This document shows, piece after piece, positions 34,364 to 45,814 of a stretch of 45,814 nucleotides of DNA. The notes beneath the pieces were generated by a model. The model did no database searches, was not told the DNA's origin, and saw nothing but the letters and a program-made list of their open reading frames with translations. Each line of letters begins with the position of its first letter. The first letter of the stretch is position 1. A program made the position numbers and the translations under genes. The stretch comes from Octopus bimaculoides (lineage: Eukaryota). The stretch spans positions 52,917,322 through 52,963,135 of the forward strand of contig NC_068986.1 in the NCBI RefSeq assembly GCF_001194135.2, read 5' to 3'.

Positions 34364-35469
34364 TGTGGCTGTGGGGTAAGAAGCTACCTTCCCAACCACA
34401 TGGTTCTGTGTTCAGTCCCACCGCGTGACATCTTAAGCAAGTGTCTTCTACTATTGCCTCGGGCCTACCAAAGTGTTGAGAGTGGATTTGGTAGAGGGAA
34501 ACTGAATGAATCCCGCCGTATATTGATATATATATATATGTGTGTGTGTGTATACAGTGTGCGATGAATAAACTGTCATCTAAATTATGCAAAAATTAAA
34601 GTAACACATTTTATTTTAACAGATATATTTACCAAAATTACATTGAAATATTTTGAAATACTAAAGAGAAAATTTATTCAATAAAATCGCCATTGGCTTC
34701 AACCACGGCTTCCACCGACGTCAGAATCTCCTGCAACTCTTCCGAACGGTCTCCTTGTTTAAGTTGGTGAATGCTGCCATAATCCTTGCCTTCAGTTCAT
34801 CTTTGGTGTTACAAAGAGTTTTGTTGGTCTCTCACTCAACTGCGCCCCAAATTTAATAATCAAGGGGGTTGCAGTCTGGGAGCAAGGTGGCCAGATGTTA
34901 GGAGTGATGTGGTCGCAGAAATTTTATGACAGTCATGACTGTCAGAAAATTACTTGAGTGGCATTGTGCAGAGTCCTGTTGCCAGATATAGGGTCTCCTA
35001 GCAGCCACCCTCATGACTCAGGGCAGTACTACCTCCTCCAGGCATTTGATGTCGGCCCCTATATTGAGTCTGAGGCCATATGGCAAGATGAATGGAAGCA
35101 TAACGTCACCATCACTGGTGATCACTCTAAAAACTATGATGTTGACTGGATGTTCGAGCTTTATCACTCTCGGTACATGTGCTCAGATTGCACTGTCCTC
35201 CGACTGACACCCAAACACTCTGAAATGTTCGTAATGGATTTTCTGGCGCGAATGCCAAACAGTATGGCATCCTATTTCCAAATTTCTGGCAGAGTGTATT
35301 GCGTCATGGTATTGCTTTTCTCACAGACGGCGCCCAACTGACCCTACTATATTGTGTAGTCGATAAAATCAAAAACAAACAATGTGCATGCACAAAATTA
35401 AAAATTTAATGGCGACAATTTACCCATTGTACCCTGCATATATATATGTGTGTGTGTGTGTGTATGTAT

Positions 35470-35513
<44 letters not shown>

Positions 35514-35785
35514 NNNNNNNNNNNNNNNNNNNNNNNNNNNNNNNNNNNNNNNNNNNNNNNNNNNNNNNNNNNNNNNNNNNNNNNNNNNNNNNNNNNNCCA
35601 TCGCTTGACACCTGATGCAGGTGTGTTTCTGTCCCCGTAACCTAGCGTTTCGGCAAAATGGACGGATAGAATAAGTACTAGGCTTACAAGGAATAAGTCC
35701 TAGGGTCGATTTCTTCGACTAAAAACTTCTTTAAGGAGGTGCTTCAGCATGACTGCAGTCCAAATGACTAAAACAGGTAAAAGAA
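34364..35785 (+). mobile_element. SINE family A split by the maT insertion (head 34364-34520, tail 35598-35785)
   Basis: Head and tail are collinear on the same strand, and the transposon sits in the central TA/GT microsatellite. An N gap lies between. Confidence 0.65.
34555..35438 (-). mobile_element. Internally deleted maT/DD37D-like element, copy 2, with both TIRs
   Basis: TA-cagtgtgcgatgaataaactgtca ... gacaatttacccattgtaccctgca-TA. Collinear with 3578-4121, and includes the WPPCSPDCNPLDY region and downstream end. Confidence 0.88.
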
Positions 35786-35929
35786 TATCGTTTTCTTTTG
35801 CCGAGCCCGTAAATTATAGAGACATATAGAATTCAACAGCAATATTCGAGCGATGGATGGTGGTGCAAGTCGAACACAAACACAAAGGCACATACATATA
35901 GATATATACATACATGTATGTATACATAC

Positions 35930-36090
35930 ACCGGATTTCCTCACAGTTTCCGTCTACTAAATTTACTAATAAGGTATTAGGCGTCTCAAGATATAGTAGA
36001 ATGTAATTACCCAAGTGCAGTGGGACTGAACCAGAAATCACATAGCTGGAAAGTGAACTTCTTAACCACAAAACCATGCCCGTGTCTTTT
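35930..36090 (-). mobile_element. SINE family A, 5' head
   Basis: Reverse complement gtggttaagaagttcactttcc...ggttcagtccc...atttagtagacggaaactg. Confidence 0.65.
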
Positions 36091-36964
36091 TAGACACAGT
36101 TAGACATTCACAATGGGTGTATGATATGTGTTTAATGACCATCCTATCTTACTTTAAGCAATTATTTGCTTCAGTTTGCAGTGGTAGTATCCAGCAAAAT
36201 ACATCTTGACAGAGACAAGATCTACTCTCAACTGCAATATCTATATTTTTCAAAAATCGTTCAGTTGGTTTATCATATTCCAGTTATCTACCCTGCTTGT
36301 TATTTGTTATTTTAAACATTCCAAGAGGAGGCTGTGGTGTATTTACTGCTTGGATAATGATTCAAAGTCTAACATCACGATGTATTAAGACTGACGTATG
36401 CCCGTTGTATTCGTTTGTCGGTTTTGATAGCAAGACCCATTTCTATCTGCATCGTTGATACTGTTGAGGAAGTCTTTGTTTACTAATTGCATTAAAACAA
36501 TAACTCAAAATTTTTCAACTCATTATATTATACATGTGACATACTTTGTTCTCGCTTTATCCCAGTTCTACTCTGATCTAGCACTTCCCTGATCATAGGC
36601 GTTCCAGTCAGTCATATCATAACGAAGGCAGTATAAAATATATCCTTTTTTATTTATTTTTTGAGACTAGAATCGTATGATTTGAAAAAGAAGTGGTTCT
36701 TGCAAGCATGTTGAGCTGTGATTTGATATCTTTTTGACTTCATGATATACCGAGGATTAAATAGAATACTTAGTTCAGATGAAGAATAAATTAAAAAGTT
36801 TACTGGCGCTCTTTGCTTGGAAAATTCAGCAAAAATGTTTTAGAGTTAAAAATTAGAAAACAATATAAATTATTGCTGTTCTTGTTTTATTGATCATACT
36901 TATTTATAATAAAATTAGGAACAAGGTCGTTTTTCAAGTCTCTCAAATGTTGATTTCAAATTTT

Positions 36965-37135
36965 GTCAAAGGACCAGCAATTCCGGGGACCGGGGTAAAT
37001 CGACCACTTCGATCCCAGAAAGTATTAAAGGTAAAGTGCAACTCGGCGGAATTTCATCTCAGAAAGTGAAGACGGGCGAAAGGCCACTAAGCATTTTGCT
37101 CGGCGTGCTAACTATTCTGCCAGCTCGCCACCTAA
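36965..37135 (-). mobile_element. SINE family B
   Basis: Reverse complement ggtggcgagctggcagaatagttagcacgccgag...ccgccgagttgcactttacc. Confidence 0.75.
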
Positions 37136-38417
37136 GTCGCTCGAATCTTAATATAGATGTTAGAAAAGGAAAAAAAAAATTATAATCTCAAAACTGAACG
37201 ACCCTCCTAGATGATTTTATGTCACATCTAAACACACCTTATGTCGCAAGGTTTGTGAATTTCTAATATAGAGTTAATTTGTGAGGGAAGTAATCATTTT
37301 TGGCTTGTTTCTCAGCTATTTACATAGAATCAAACGCAAATGAAATATTTGAATCGTTGCCGGGTTATGCTACCTGCTTACAGCGTGGTAGATTTGCATC
37401 ATTTGAGAGTTGAACGTTGGTGAGATAATGTAGAATACGAAAGTCTTCAATCGGTTATCCGTTACCCTATTGCCTACGTTATGTTGATAACATAAGTATA
37501 CATGCTTATATCAATAAGCAGACAAATGCAATATAAGTTTCCTATTGAGGCACAAGGCTTAACTTTTGTTATTGTTAATGTTTTTACCTTTGTTGTTGTT
37601 GTTCGGCACAAGATCAGCACTGATTCATTAGACCTAAGATCAGCGGTCCAACTTTGATCATACTCTCTTTGTTCTCACTTATAGAGTATATAGCAAGACA
37701 TTATCCAACACGTCCACAATTTTACCAATTTATGAAATAGATAATAAGTAGGGTGTGATATTTACTTGCAAGTTTTAGCAGAACGAATGGCCACGGAGAG
37801 GATCATTCCTTTGTTGGCACAATGCTTTAACTCTTTTTTTTTTTTTAAAGAAAAGGTGCCTTTAATTCATTAATCTCCATATATTACAGGTATTTATTTT
37901 ATCAACCATCTCTCCGTTTACTACAAGACCGACGAGCAATGATGGTCGTTGATTGATTTAAATACAGCCTGAAAAGAAACACAAGATTAAATACGATCGG
38001 CTGCCAACAACACTACCCTTTCATTATATTCGGGGAAATGAGAAGCAAGAAAATTGATAGCAGCGTGACCATTATGCATGTAAGTATTCAAGAAAGATGT
38101 TAAGAAGAAAAATGTCAGGAAGGAAAGATGAAACATATTTCATGTTATCCTTTGATACTTGGCATTTTAGGAGACTTTCAAGCGAAAACATTTCTAAAGA
38201 ATATTTATGGAGCAAATAGATGAATACAGTGTATTTTTTTTTCTTGAGGTAATGCTTGCTCAAAAGACCTTTTCTTGAAAAGATTATGAGAACATGTATA
38301 TATGGCCCCGTGTTTATGAGCGTGCAAGTGTACACTGTGAATGACGGTATAGTGCTAATATGTTTATGTATATTCTTTCACATATATGTTTGAACACCAT
38401 GTACGTATATATAACTG

Positions 38418-38464
38418 TCAGTGTGTGTGCATGTATGTGTAAGAGTATATTTCATATATTGATA

Positions 38465-38562
<98 letters not shown>

Positions 38563-38685
38563 TGTATATATATATTTATATATTTGTATGTATCTATATA
38601 TGTAAGTATGTATATGGATATATCTATATACATATGTGTGTATGTACGACTGTACATATGTATGTATATATGCATATACATACAT
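38418..38685. repeat. (TA)n/(TATG)n microsatellite field
   Basis: Direct reading. Confidence 0.9.
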
Positions 38686-39671
38686 CCTTTTTACTATAAC
38701 ATTTGTATGTGTGAGAGCTAAACTCCAGTTTCACCCCAGACATTTGTCATTTTCAGTCAAACTACACAACCAATGCATCAAGAAAGCAATGATAACAAAT
38801 ATAGGCAATATATGTTAACCTTTATCTTGTAGTAAATTATTGCTTTTTGGAGGCGGTAGTGACATTTGTTTTAAAGTTTTCGCTGTTTATGTTGTCGGTT
38901 TGTTGTCGATCAGGACCAGGTCAACCTTGATTGAGTAAACCTATCATCAAAGTCATGCCATACATGGTCTACGTCTATTTTGCGTTCAGACATCATATAC
39001 TTCGGTCTACTTTGTCCAGTATCTCTCTTTATTTCTGAAAACTTGAAGAGTGTTCTGAGGAAGATTTGATAGTTCGTGTGACCGTATAGAGTCCTCTTCA
39101 TTGGTGTCGATGCTTATTGATTTGTAAGCGTAAACGCCATGTGGTCAATTGGATATGATACGGAAATACCTACTCATTGGTCTCGCGTTCAAATCAAAAG
39201 CCCTGCCTAAGTTTTGTTACCTTTCAGGACAAAATACTTCTAAGCCTCCCCTTCGTTATTCAGGATTGGCTGTATAATAGTAATATAGTGAACTGAAAAG
39301 CTTCTAACAACTGAGATTATACTTGCAATCAGAAGATAAGTGATCATTCTAGGAATTCATAGAATCTAAACCCAGCCAGCAAAGCAGAAAACTACAATAA
39401 TATTAGCAAATCCAAATATCTGATAAAGAAAGACGATACAGTTAGAAGTGGAAATTTTCTTTAATCCAAATGGTAAAATTCTTACATATATGAAACTGTA
39501 CATCAGATATGGACAAATGCTCTCGAAAAGCAGGCCGCATGAGACATGGCTTATCATCAGGTGGGTCGCACAGTTTAAAAATATTCAAGGTAATTTTACT
39601 TTTGGCGTCCCAGGAGAGTATCATACTGGCCGCAGGTTGCCTATTACTCTTCTACTGTATGTGTATTGAGG

Positions 39672-40050
39672 AAGGAGGCAAGCTGGCAGAAACGTTAGCA
39701 CGCCGGACGAAATGCTTAGCGGTATTTCGTCTGCCGTTATGTTCTGAGTTCAAGTTCCACCGAGGTCGACTTTGCCTTTCATCCTTTCGAGGTCGATTAA
39801 ATAAGTACCAGTTACGTACAGGGGTCGATATAATCGACTTAATCCGTTTTTCTGTCCTTGTTTGTCCCCTCTGTGTGTAATGCCGGGTGAAATGCTTAAC
39901 GGTATTTCGTCTGTCTTTGCCTTCCTAGTTAAAATTCCGCCGAGGTCGACTTTACCTTTCACCCTTTCGGAGTCGATAACGTAAGTACCAGCTGCGTACT
40001 GAGGTCGATCTAATCGACTGGCCCTCTCCCCCAAAATTTCGAGCCTCGTG
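39672..40050 (+). mobile_element. Head-to-tail SINE family B dimer (second unit 5'-truncated)
   Basis: Unit 1 is 39672-39880. Unit 2 restarts at gccgggtgaaatgcttaacggtatttcgtctg (~39882), repeating gccggacgaaatgcttagcggtatttcgtctg. Confidence 0.8.
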
Positions 40051-40221
40051 TCTAGAGCAGAAAAGTATGTGTATGAGCAAACAGAAGAATTGCCTGAGGT
40101 TTTATCCGTCAGCACCAAGCTCGATATTAACAAACAGCGCATGGGTGCATGTTTGATTGAGTGTGTATGTGTGTGTGTGTGTGTGTGGAAGTGTGTCAAA
40201 CAAAAGAAATTCAAAAACGGC

Positions 40222-40660
40222 ATAGCTGTGGGGTTAAAAAATCGCTTTGCAGCCACGTAGTTTAGTTGTTCAGTTCCACTGCGCGGCACCTTGAGCAAGA
40301 GACTTCTACTATAGCTCCGAACCGACCCGTGACTTGGGAGTGAATTTAGTAGACGGAAACTGTGTGGAAGTCTGCCGTATATNNNNNNNNNNNNNNNNNN
40401 NNNNNNNNNNNNNNNNNNNNNNNNNNNNNNNNNNNNNNNNNNNNNNNNNNNNNNNNNNNNNNNNNNNNNNNNNNNNNNNNNNNNNNNNNNNNNNNNNNNN
40501 NNNNNNNNNNNNNNNNNNNNNNNNNNNNNNNNNNNNNNNNNNNNNNNNNNTGATAGTATAAGTACAAGACAATCAATAAGTACTGGAGTCAATTTGTACG
40601 ACTAAAACCCTTCACGGTGGTGCTGCAGCATGACCACATTCCAATGACTGGAAGAAATTA
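40222..40660 (+). mobile_element. SINE family A spanning an N gap
   Basis: Head gtggggttaaaaaatcgc...gttcagttccactgcgcggcaccttgagcaag; tail ggtggtgctgcagcatgaccac. Confidence 0.7.
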
Positions 40661-41292
40661 AAAAAATAATGGATCATATTGCAAAGTAACGTGTTAAGGT
40701 GGTGGGCTTTTTTTTAAATTTGCTTTTTCTCATTGATGTTATTTATGGAACGCTCCAGCGTCGATTTGGCAAATATTCGAATACGATTTGTATTTGATAA
40801 ATCTCAAATATGCCATGGCAGGAGGCGGTTGATGTTCTTTCTTCCACTGCTTCCATTTCGAAAGTATCATCTTTGAAAAGGGTCGTTCAGATCGGAATAT
40901 AATCAATAAGAAAAAAAGATAAAACGGTTTTGTTAAAATTGCATTATGCAACTTTCAGTTCAAATTCATATACACAATGGGTTTTAAAAAATAATATACC
41001 CCAAAAACCACTTTAAAATCACTTTACATTCAGCTGTATTTATTTGAGTTAATACGATTTTCACCTTTTTTCTCATATAAATATAATGTCAATCAATAGA
41101 ATCTAAAAGAAACAATGGAACTATCAATATCATCTAAAAGGAACAATGTTTTATTAAAATTGCATTGTACAGCTTCGCTTTCAAAATTCTGATCAATACA
41201 TATAGATACATGTGTGTACAAACATACATGAATCTATGTATATGTATGTCTGTACAAATAATTAGGAATGTGTGTGTGTGTGTGTGTGTGTG

Positions 41293-41585
41293 AAGGCACG
41301 TAGCCTTATGGTTTGGGCGTTGTACTTGCATTCGCAAAATCGTACTTTCAATTCCTAGTCTGTCGGTGCGTTGTATTCTTGAGCAAAAAAACTCCACCTC
41401 ACATTGTTTCAGTCCACTCGGCTGTAAATGGATCACCCTGCGAAATCCTATGACGGACTGGCATCCCGTTCAGGAGGACTGAGGACCTGCCTGCTTTAGC
41501 CAGCCAGCGGAGGAGCATCATTTGAAGGCTACAACAATACGAGGAAGCTCATTGCGCCTAGCGATATACAATCACATCCGATAGT
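41293..41585 (+). mobile_element. SINE family C with V-domain-like core
   Basis: tRNA-like head, then ttgagcaaaaaactccacctcacattgtttcagtccactcggctgtaaatg and gacggactggcatcccgttcagg, followed by (TAGA)n. Confidence 0.7.
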
Positions 41586-41609
41586 CTGATCGAGACAGTG
41601 TATATGTAT

Positions 41610-41664
<55 letters not shown>

Positions 41665-41669
41665 CAGAC

Positions 41670-41723
<54 letters not shown>

Positions 41724-41804
41724 GGAGGGAGGGAGGGAGGGAGAGAGACGAAGAGACAGACAGAAACAAAAAGAGAAAGAGAGAAAGAGAGACACACTAA
41801 ACAC

Positions 41805-41880
41805 TGAGTTGTCCCTCGGTTTACACGATTAATAGTTTCTGTGAACTACTGTGTAAACCGATATCGTGTAAAATGAGGTG
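41805..41880. mobile_element. Tigger/pogo-type MITE end remnant
   Basis: gtccctcggtttacac...gtgtaaaccg 10-bp inverted repeat in a TIR-like context. Confidence 0.4.
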
Positions 41881-42289
41881 GTTTTGTTTTCTTTTTTGCT
41901 AATTCTAGAGAAAAAGGTAAAGCTTGCTTGTCCTTCGAGAATGATAAGATCGGTAATATTAATGTTCTGTTTAAAAGCAGTTCTAGATCAATACCTGCTG
42001 GAAAGACATGAGCAGGAGGATATCCCAGAGACCTAATGTTATGGGGAAGAAGGATTAAACATAAAAGTCAGAGAAAAGAAATGTCAGGGCAACGAGAGTA
42101 GCGAGAGGTGGAGAGACGAATAGACCATCAGAATGGTGGAGGTATGATACCATCAGCTCCGAACCTATTGTTGTAGAGGCCATTATTGTATCAATAGAAA
42201 AAGTGAGAAAGAGAGAGAGGTGGGGAAACAGCATTACTGTAATAGATGCAGTATTGTGTCCGTTAGTGATGGAATGCCAATAAGACGAG

Positions 42290-42790
42290 TGGCTCTTTCC
42301 TGGATTCAGTCCAGGATGTCAGAAATTGTAGCAGCTGTACCGTCCTGCATGTGGGTGCTGTACTTTATTGGGGGCTCCACTTGATCCGTGTAGGGTGTTA
42401 GCAATTGATGAGTGCCGTAATCTGTCTCTAAAGAAATGGACTTGTTTTGAGGATTGAAGATTTTGATGTTGTAGGGTACATTCTTTGCCTGGGAAGGATT
42501 TGGCATTTATAAGCAGCCATCTTACCCTTTTTCTGGCGAATGTGTAGTCAATTTGGCTAGTGTGTCTGCCAGAACGGTAGGTTACTAGGTGACTGGCAGG
42601 TTTCCTGAAGTTAGTATTGCAAACCATAAGATCATTTGCATCGCAGAACTCCAGCAGCCTGATTCCCTCCTCATTGCAGGAACCAAAACCATAGCATCCA
42701 TGTACGCCATGGAAGCCCCCTGCATGTTGACCAACATGACCATTGAAGCCACCAGCCACAAAGAAGAGGTCACACATGTTTTTGCTTACG
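42290..42790 (-). pseudogene. RTE LINE apurinic endonuclease fragment
   Basis: VAGGFNGHVG...GCYGFGSCNEEGIRLLEFCDANDLMVCNTNFRK..SHLVTYRSG...SQIDY is the typical RTE APE signature. Confidence 0.9.
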
Positions 42791-42926
42791 TGCATACATA
42801 TATAAATACATTCACACGCATACATATATTTGAGTGCTTATATATATGGGTGCATAAATATATATATGGACAAACATATGTAAACACACAAATAGTTTTA
42901 TATATGTATGTGCGTGTGTGTACAAG

Positions 42927-42927
<1 letters not shown>

Positions 42928-42988
<61 letters not shown>

Positions 42989-43005
42989 CAGATAGATAGA
43001 TAGAT
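42928..43005. repeat. (TAGA)n microsatellite (similar arrays at 17315-17385 and 41610-41722)
   Basis: Direct reading. Confidence 0.95.
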
Positions 43006-43092
43006 AATGCTGTCATAATACACAACTGTACAAAATCAGCAACAGTGATTTAGCTATCGTTATCAGTTTTAAAAATATCATTGAGAAGATTA

Positions 43093-43094
<2 letters not shown>

Positions 43095-43123
<29 letters not shown>

Positions 43124-43160
43124 AATCATCATCATCATAATCATCATCATCATCATTATC
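43095..43160. repeat. (ATC)n trinucleotide repeat
   Basis: Direct reading. Confidence 0.95.
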
Positions 43161-43355
43161 GCCGTCATCGTCATGATTGACATGATCACTATCGTTACCG
43201 TTTGCCACTCTTACTCCTTCATCCACCTTTATTTTCTTTCATTCATTTCAATTGCAATTATATCTGCAATGACAAGCGCTACACTTAAAATGCTAGGCCA
43301 AACGTGTGTCCTGCCGGCCAAATAAATCTCTGCAAGATACGTTGAAAAAGTACTG

Positions 43356-43414
<59 letters not shown>

Positions 43415-43826
43415 ATGTGTGTATATATGTGTATATGTATATGTATATATACATATATATGTATNNNNNNNNNNNNNNNNNNNNNNNNNNNNNNNNNNNN
43501 NNNNNNNNNNNNNNNNNNNNNNNNNNNNNNNNNNNNNNNNNNNNNNNNNNNNNNNNNNNNNNNNNNNNNNNNNNNNNNNNNNNTATATATATATATATAT
43601 ATATATATGAATATATATACATATATATGTATATATATGTGTGTATATATGTATATATATAAATATAAATATATATTATATACATATAGTATTTGCGTAT
43701 ATATACCTGTGTGTGTGTGCGTGTAAGTGTATGAATATATCTTTTGGGGGGATGTTGACGTAGGCAATATGGGTGTATACAGAAATATATATTACATACG
43801 TTTGTGTCTGTATATGTATATCATAC

Positions 43827-43919
<93 letters not shown>

Positions 43920-44038
43920 CACATACCCACATGTTTGTATGTATGTGCATTACATACTTATCTGTTCGTGAGTGAGTAATNNNNNNNNNNNNNNNNNNNN
44001 NNNNNNNNNNNNNNNNNNNNNNNNNNNNNNNNNNNNNN

Positions 44039-44083
<45 letters not shown>

Positions 44084-44129
44084 TTGTGTATGTATGTCAT
44101 TGTGCAGTTTTATCTCAATAAAGTGCCGG

Positions 44130-44735
44130 TTTCTAACCTAGATCCAAGGCTGCTTCATTGGAATTTCAACATGTATGTATGTATGTATGATGTATGTATG
44201 TATGTATGTATGTATGTATGTATGTATGTATGTATGTATGACTGTATGTACTATGTAAATTCTAAGTCAACATGACACGCTCACAAGTAGTTCTGTTTAG
44301 GAAATCTTCTCTAACGATACGATAAGAATCAATGCTGCAAGTCAAACTGCTTTGTTATCATATCAATTAAATATTAACATATTACAGTGGCTAGTTAGAT
44401 GTTCAGATACATTTTACCTGGAGAGAATTGCTGTCTCTCATATAAAGCGAATTTATATATCATATCAATGATATACCGATATGTCAATGATTGGTGCGAA
44501 TTCTGCATTGAGTGTGCTGTGCTATACCACCGTCTTCTCCTTCCATGAAAACTCCTCCCTTTCACAACTCGATTACGTGCTTTTGTGTGTGCATGTGAGT
44601 GTGTGCGTGTATGCGTTTGTGTGTATGCATGTGTGTATGTCTGTGTGTGTGTGTTTGTTATTATTCACTTTTATTTCAAGATTTCTTGCCAATAGAGAAA
44701 GCACCGATTTCTAACCTAGATCCAAGGCTGCTTCA
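44130..44735 (+). repeat. 28-bp identical direct repeat (44130-44157 and 44708-44735) within ~55-bp similar units
   Basis: tttctaacctagatccaaggctgcttca occurs twice, 578 bp apart. Confidence 0.85.
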
Positions 44736-45782
44736 CTGGATTTTCAGCATCATCAATAGAGTATGCTTGCATATATGTGTGTATATGCGCTATATTTAGA
44801 GTCAGCGCATGTACATATTTGTATATATTTTTTTATGCATGTATTCTTATGCATATAGTTGCATATCTAGATATGCTCATATATACTTAAATGATCAACT
44901 TCTAGAAAGTTTTCCAAATCAGTATTCAATTAATAACTCCAAGAAGAGTATGTTTTATAGTTACGGTTTCTTCTATAACTACAGCTAGAAAGAATCTTCT
45001 AACGTGTTGCGCTGTAGTTTTTCTTCTTTTTTTTTTTTTCGTTTTAATCCTCAGTGATAATTTTGAAGTTATCGTGTCCAGCCATGTTGTTGTGATGACT
45101 CTCTGCATGATAAAGTCAAGTTTCAACCGAAAATCACTTCGATCTCCAATGAAAGACTCGCTCAGTTAATTCATCTGAAGATTTACCAGTTGTTTAATAG
45201 GGCAGATAGTTGTGGCTTCAAAGCTGGAGATAGTATTCAACATATTTCGATAAATATTTCTCCCGCGACAAATACGCTATTTGTTGTTTCGAGTTAATGA
45301 TGTGTGTATGTATGTATGTATGTATGTATGTATGTATGTATGCATGGTAGTAAAAAGGCAGATAAACACAAGTAGGCTTCTTTTTATTTCTTTCATTCGT
45401 TTCAAGAATAGAAGCCACATTTTCACTGGATCACAGTCTATCATCAACATTGCATACGGTAGTCTGAGAAGACAGGATGGTATTGGCTAGAGAGACTGCA
45501 ATTATAGGTTTGCTCGATCAGCACAAATTTAGGGTTAGACAAGTACAGCAAGATCATCAGCTTCAACAACTGAAACACGAATGTTTTATTTATAGTTGTT
45601 GTAATTGTTTGCTCCATGTTAGCTCTGGTCGGACTAACTATTATATAATTTCGTAATAATACATGGTTATTACTTGCATTCTCACACATATATGAGTTTT
45701 CTTATATAAGGTGTTTTCTTAATGTAGTTTATGATGGCATTGAATTTTTCCTTTCCTTTGTGTCTCTCTTTCATTCTATACA

Positions 45783-45814
<32 letters not shown>

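Noticed and set aside
36150-36500. Protein-like stretches on both strands (e.g. LEYDKPTERFLKNIDIAVESRSCLCQDVFCW)
   Set aside because: Interrupted by stops, with no assignable family or consistent splice sites.
37316-37419. Strong acceptor plus gtgaga donor around AIYIESNANEIFESLPGYATCLQRGRFASFES*
   Set aside because: Closed in all frames as an internal exon; could only be terminal or UTR and has no other support.
39442-39660. Minus-strand frame KLCDPPDDKPCLMRPAFREHLSISDVQFHI with a gtaaga donor
   Set aside because: No polypyrimidine acceptor and no recognised homology.
45056-45297. Strong pyrimidine acceptor and a 76-codon open frame nearby
   Set aside because: The long frame is out of phase with the acceptor (stops at its start) and no donor was found.

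Overview
AT-rich, microsatellite-dense animal genomic DNA with many N gaps. The SINE families and repeat landscape look like a cephalopod (Octopus) scaffold; that is my inference. I recognise no intact protein-coding gene. Most of the window is layered, decayed mobile DNA: two Helitron Rep/PIF1 pseudogenes, several Tc1/mariner copies and MITEs, three RTE LINE fragments, the 3' end of a Ty3/Gypsy element, Penelope-like remnants, a CMC/EnSpm-like foldback element and about 15 tRNA-type SINE pieces. A few isolated candidate host exons are present, the best at 30506-30606 on the minus strand. Highlights not visible in the ORF track: (i) five hammerhead-ribozyme-like motifs, including a divergent pair inside a 300-bp foldback and a tandem pair; (ii) a 1.9-kb ORF1/gag-only CCHC element with a 7-bp flanking duplication inside an apparent Gypsy LTR; (iii) a Helitron end with a GCGAAGC hairpin whose terminal CTAG appears split by a mariner built from two left ends; (iv) a template-switch palindrome distinguishing two maT copies. 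All translations and alignments were done by eye and boundaries are approximate unless anchored by a quoted motif.
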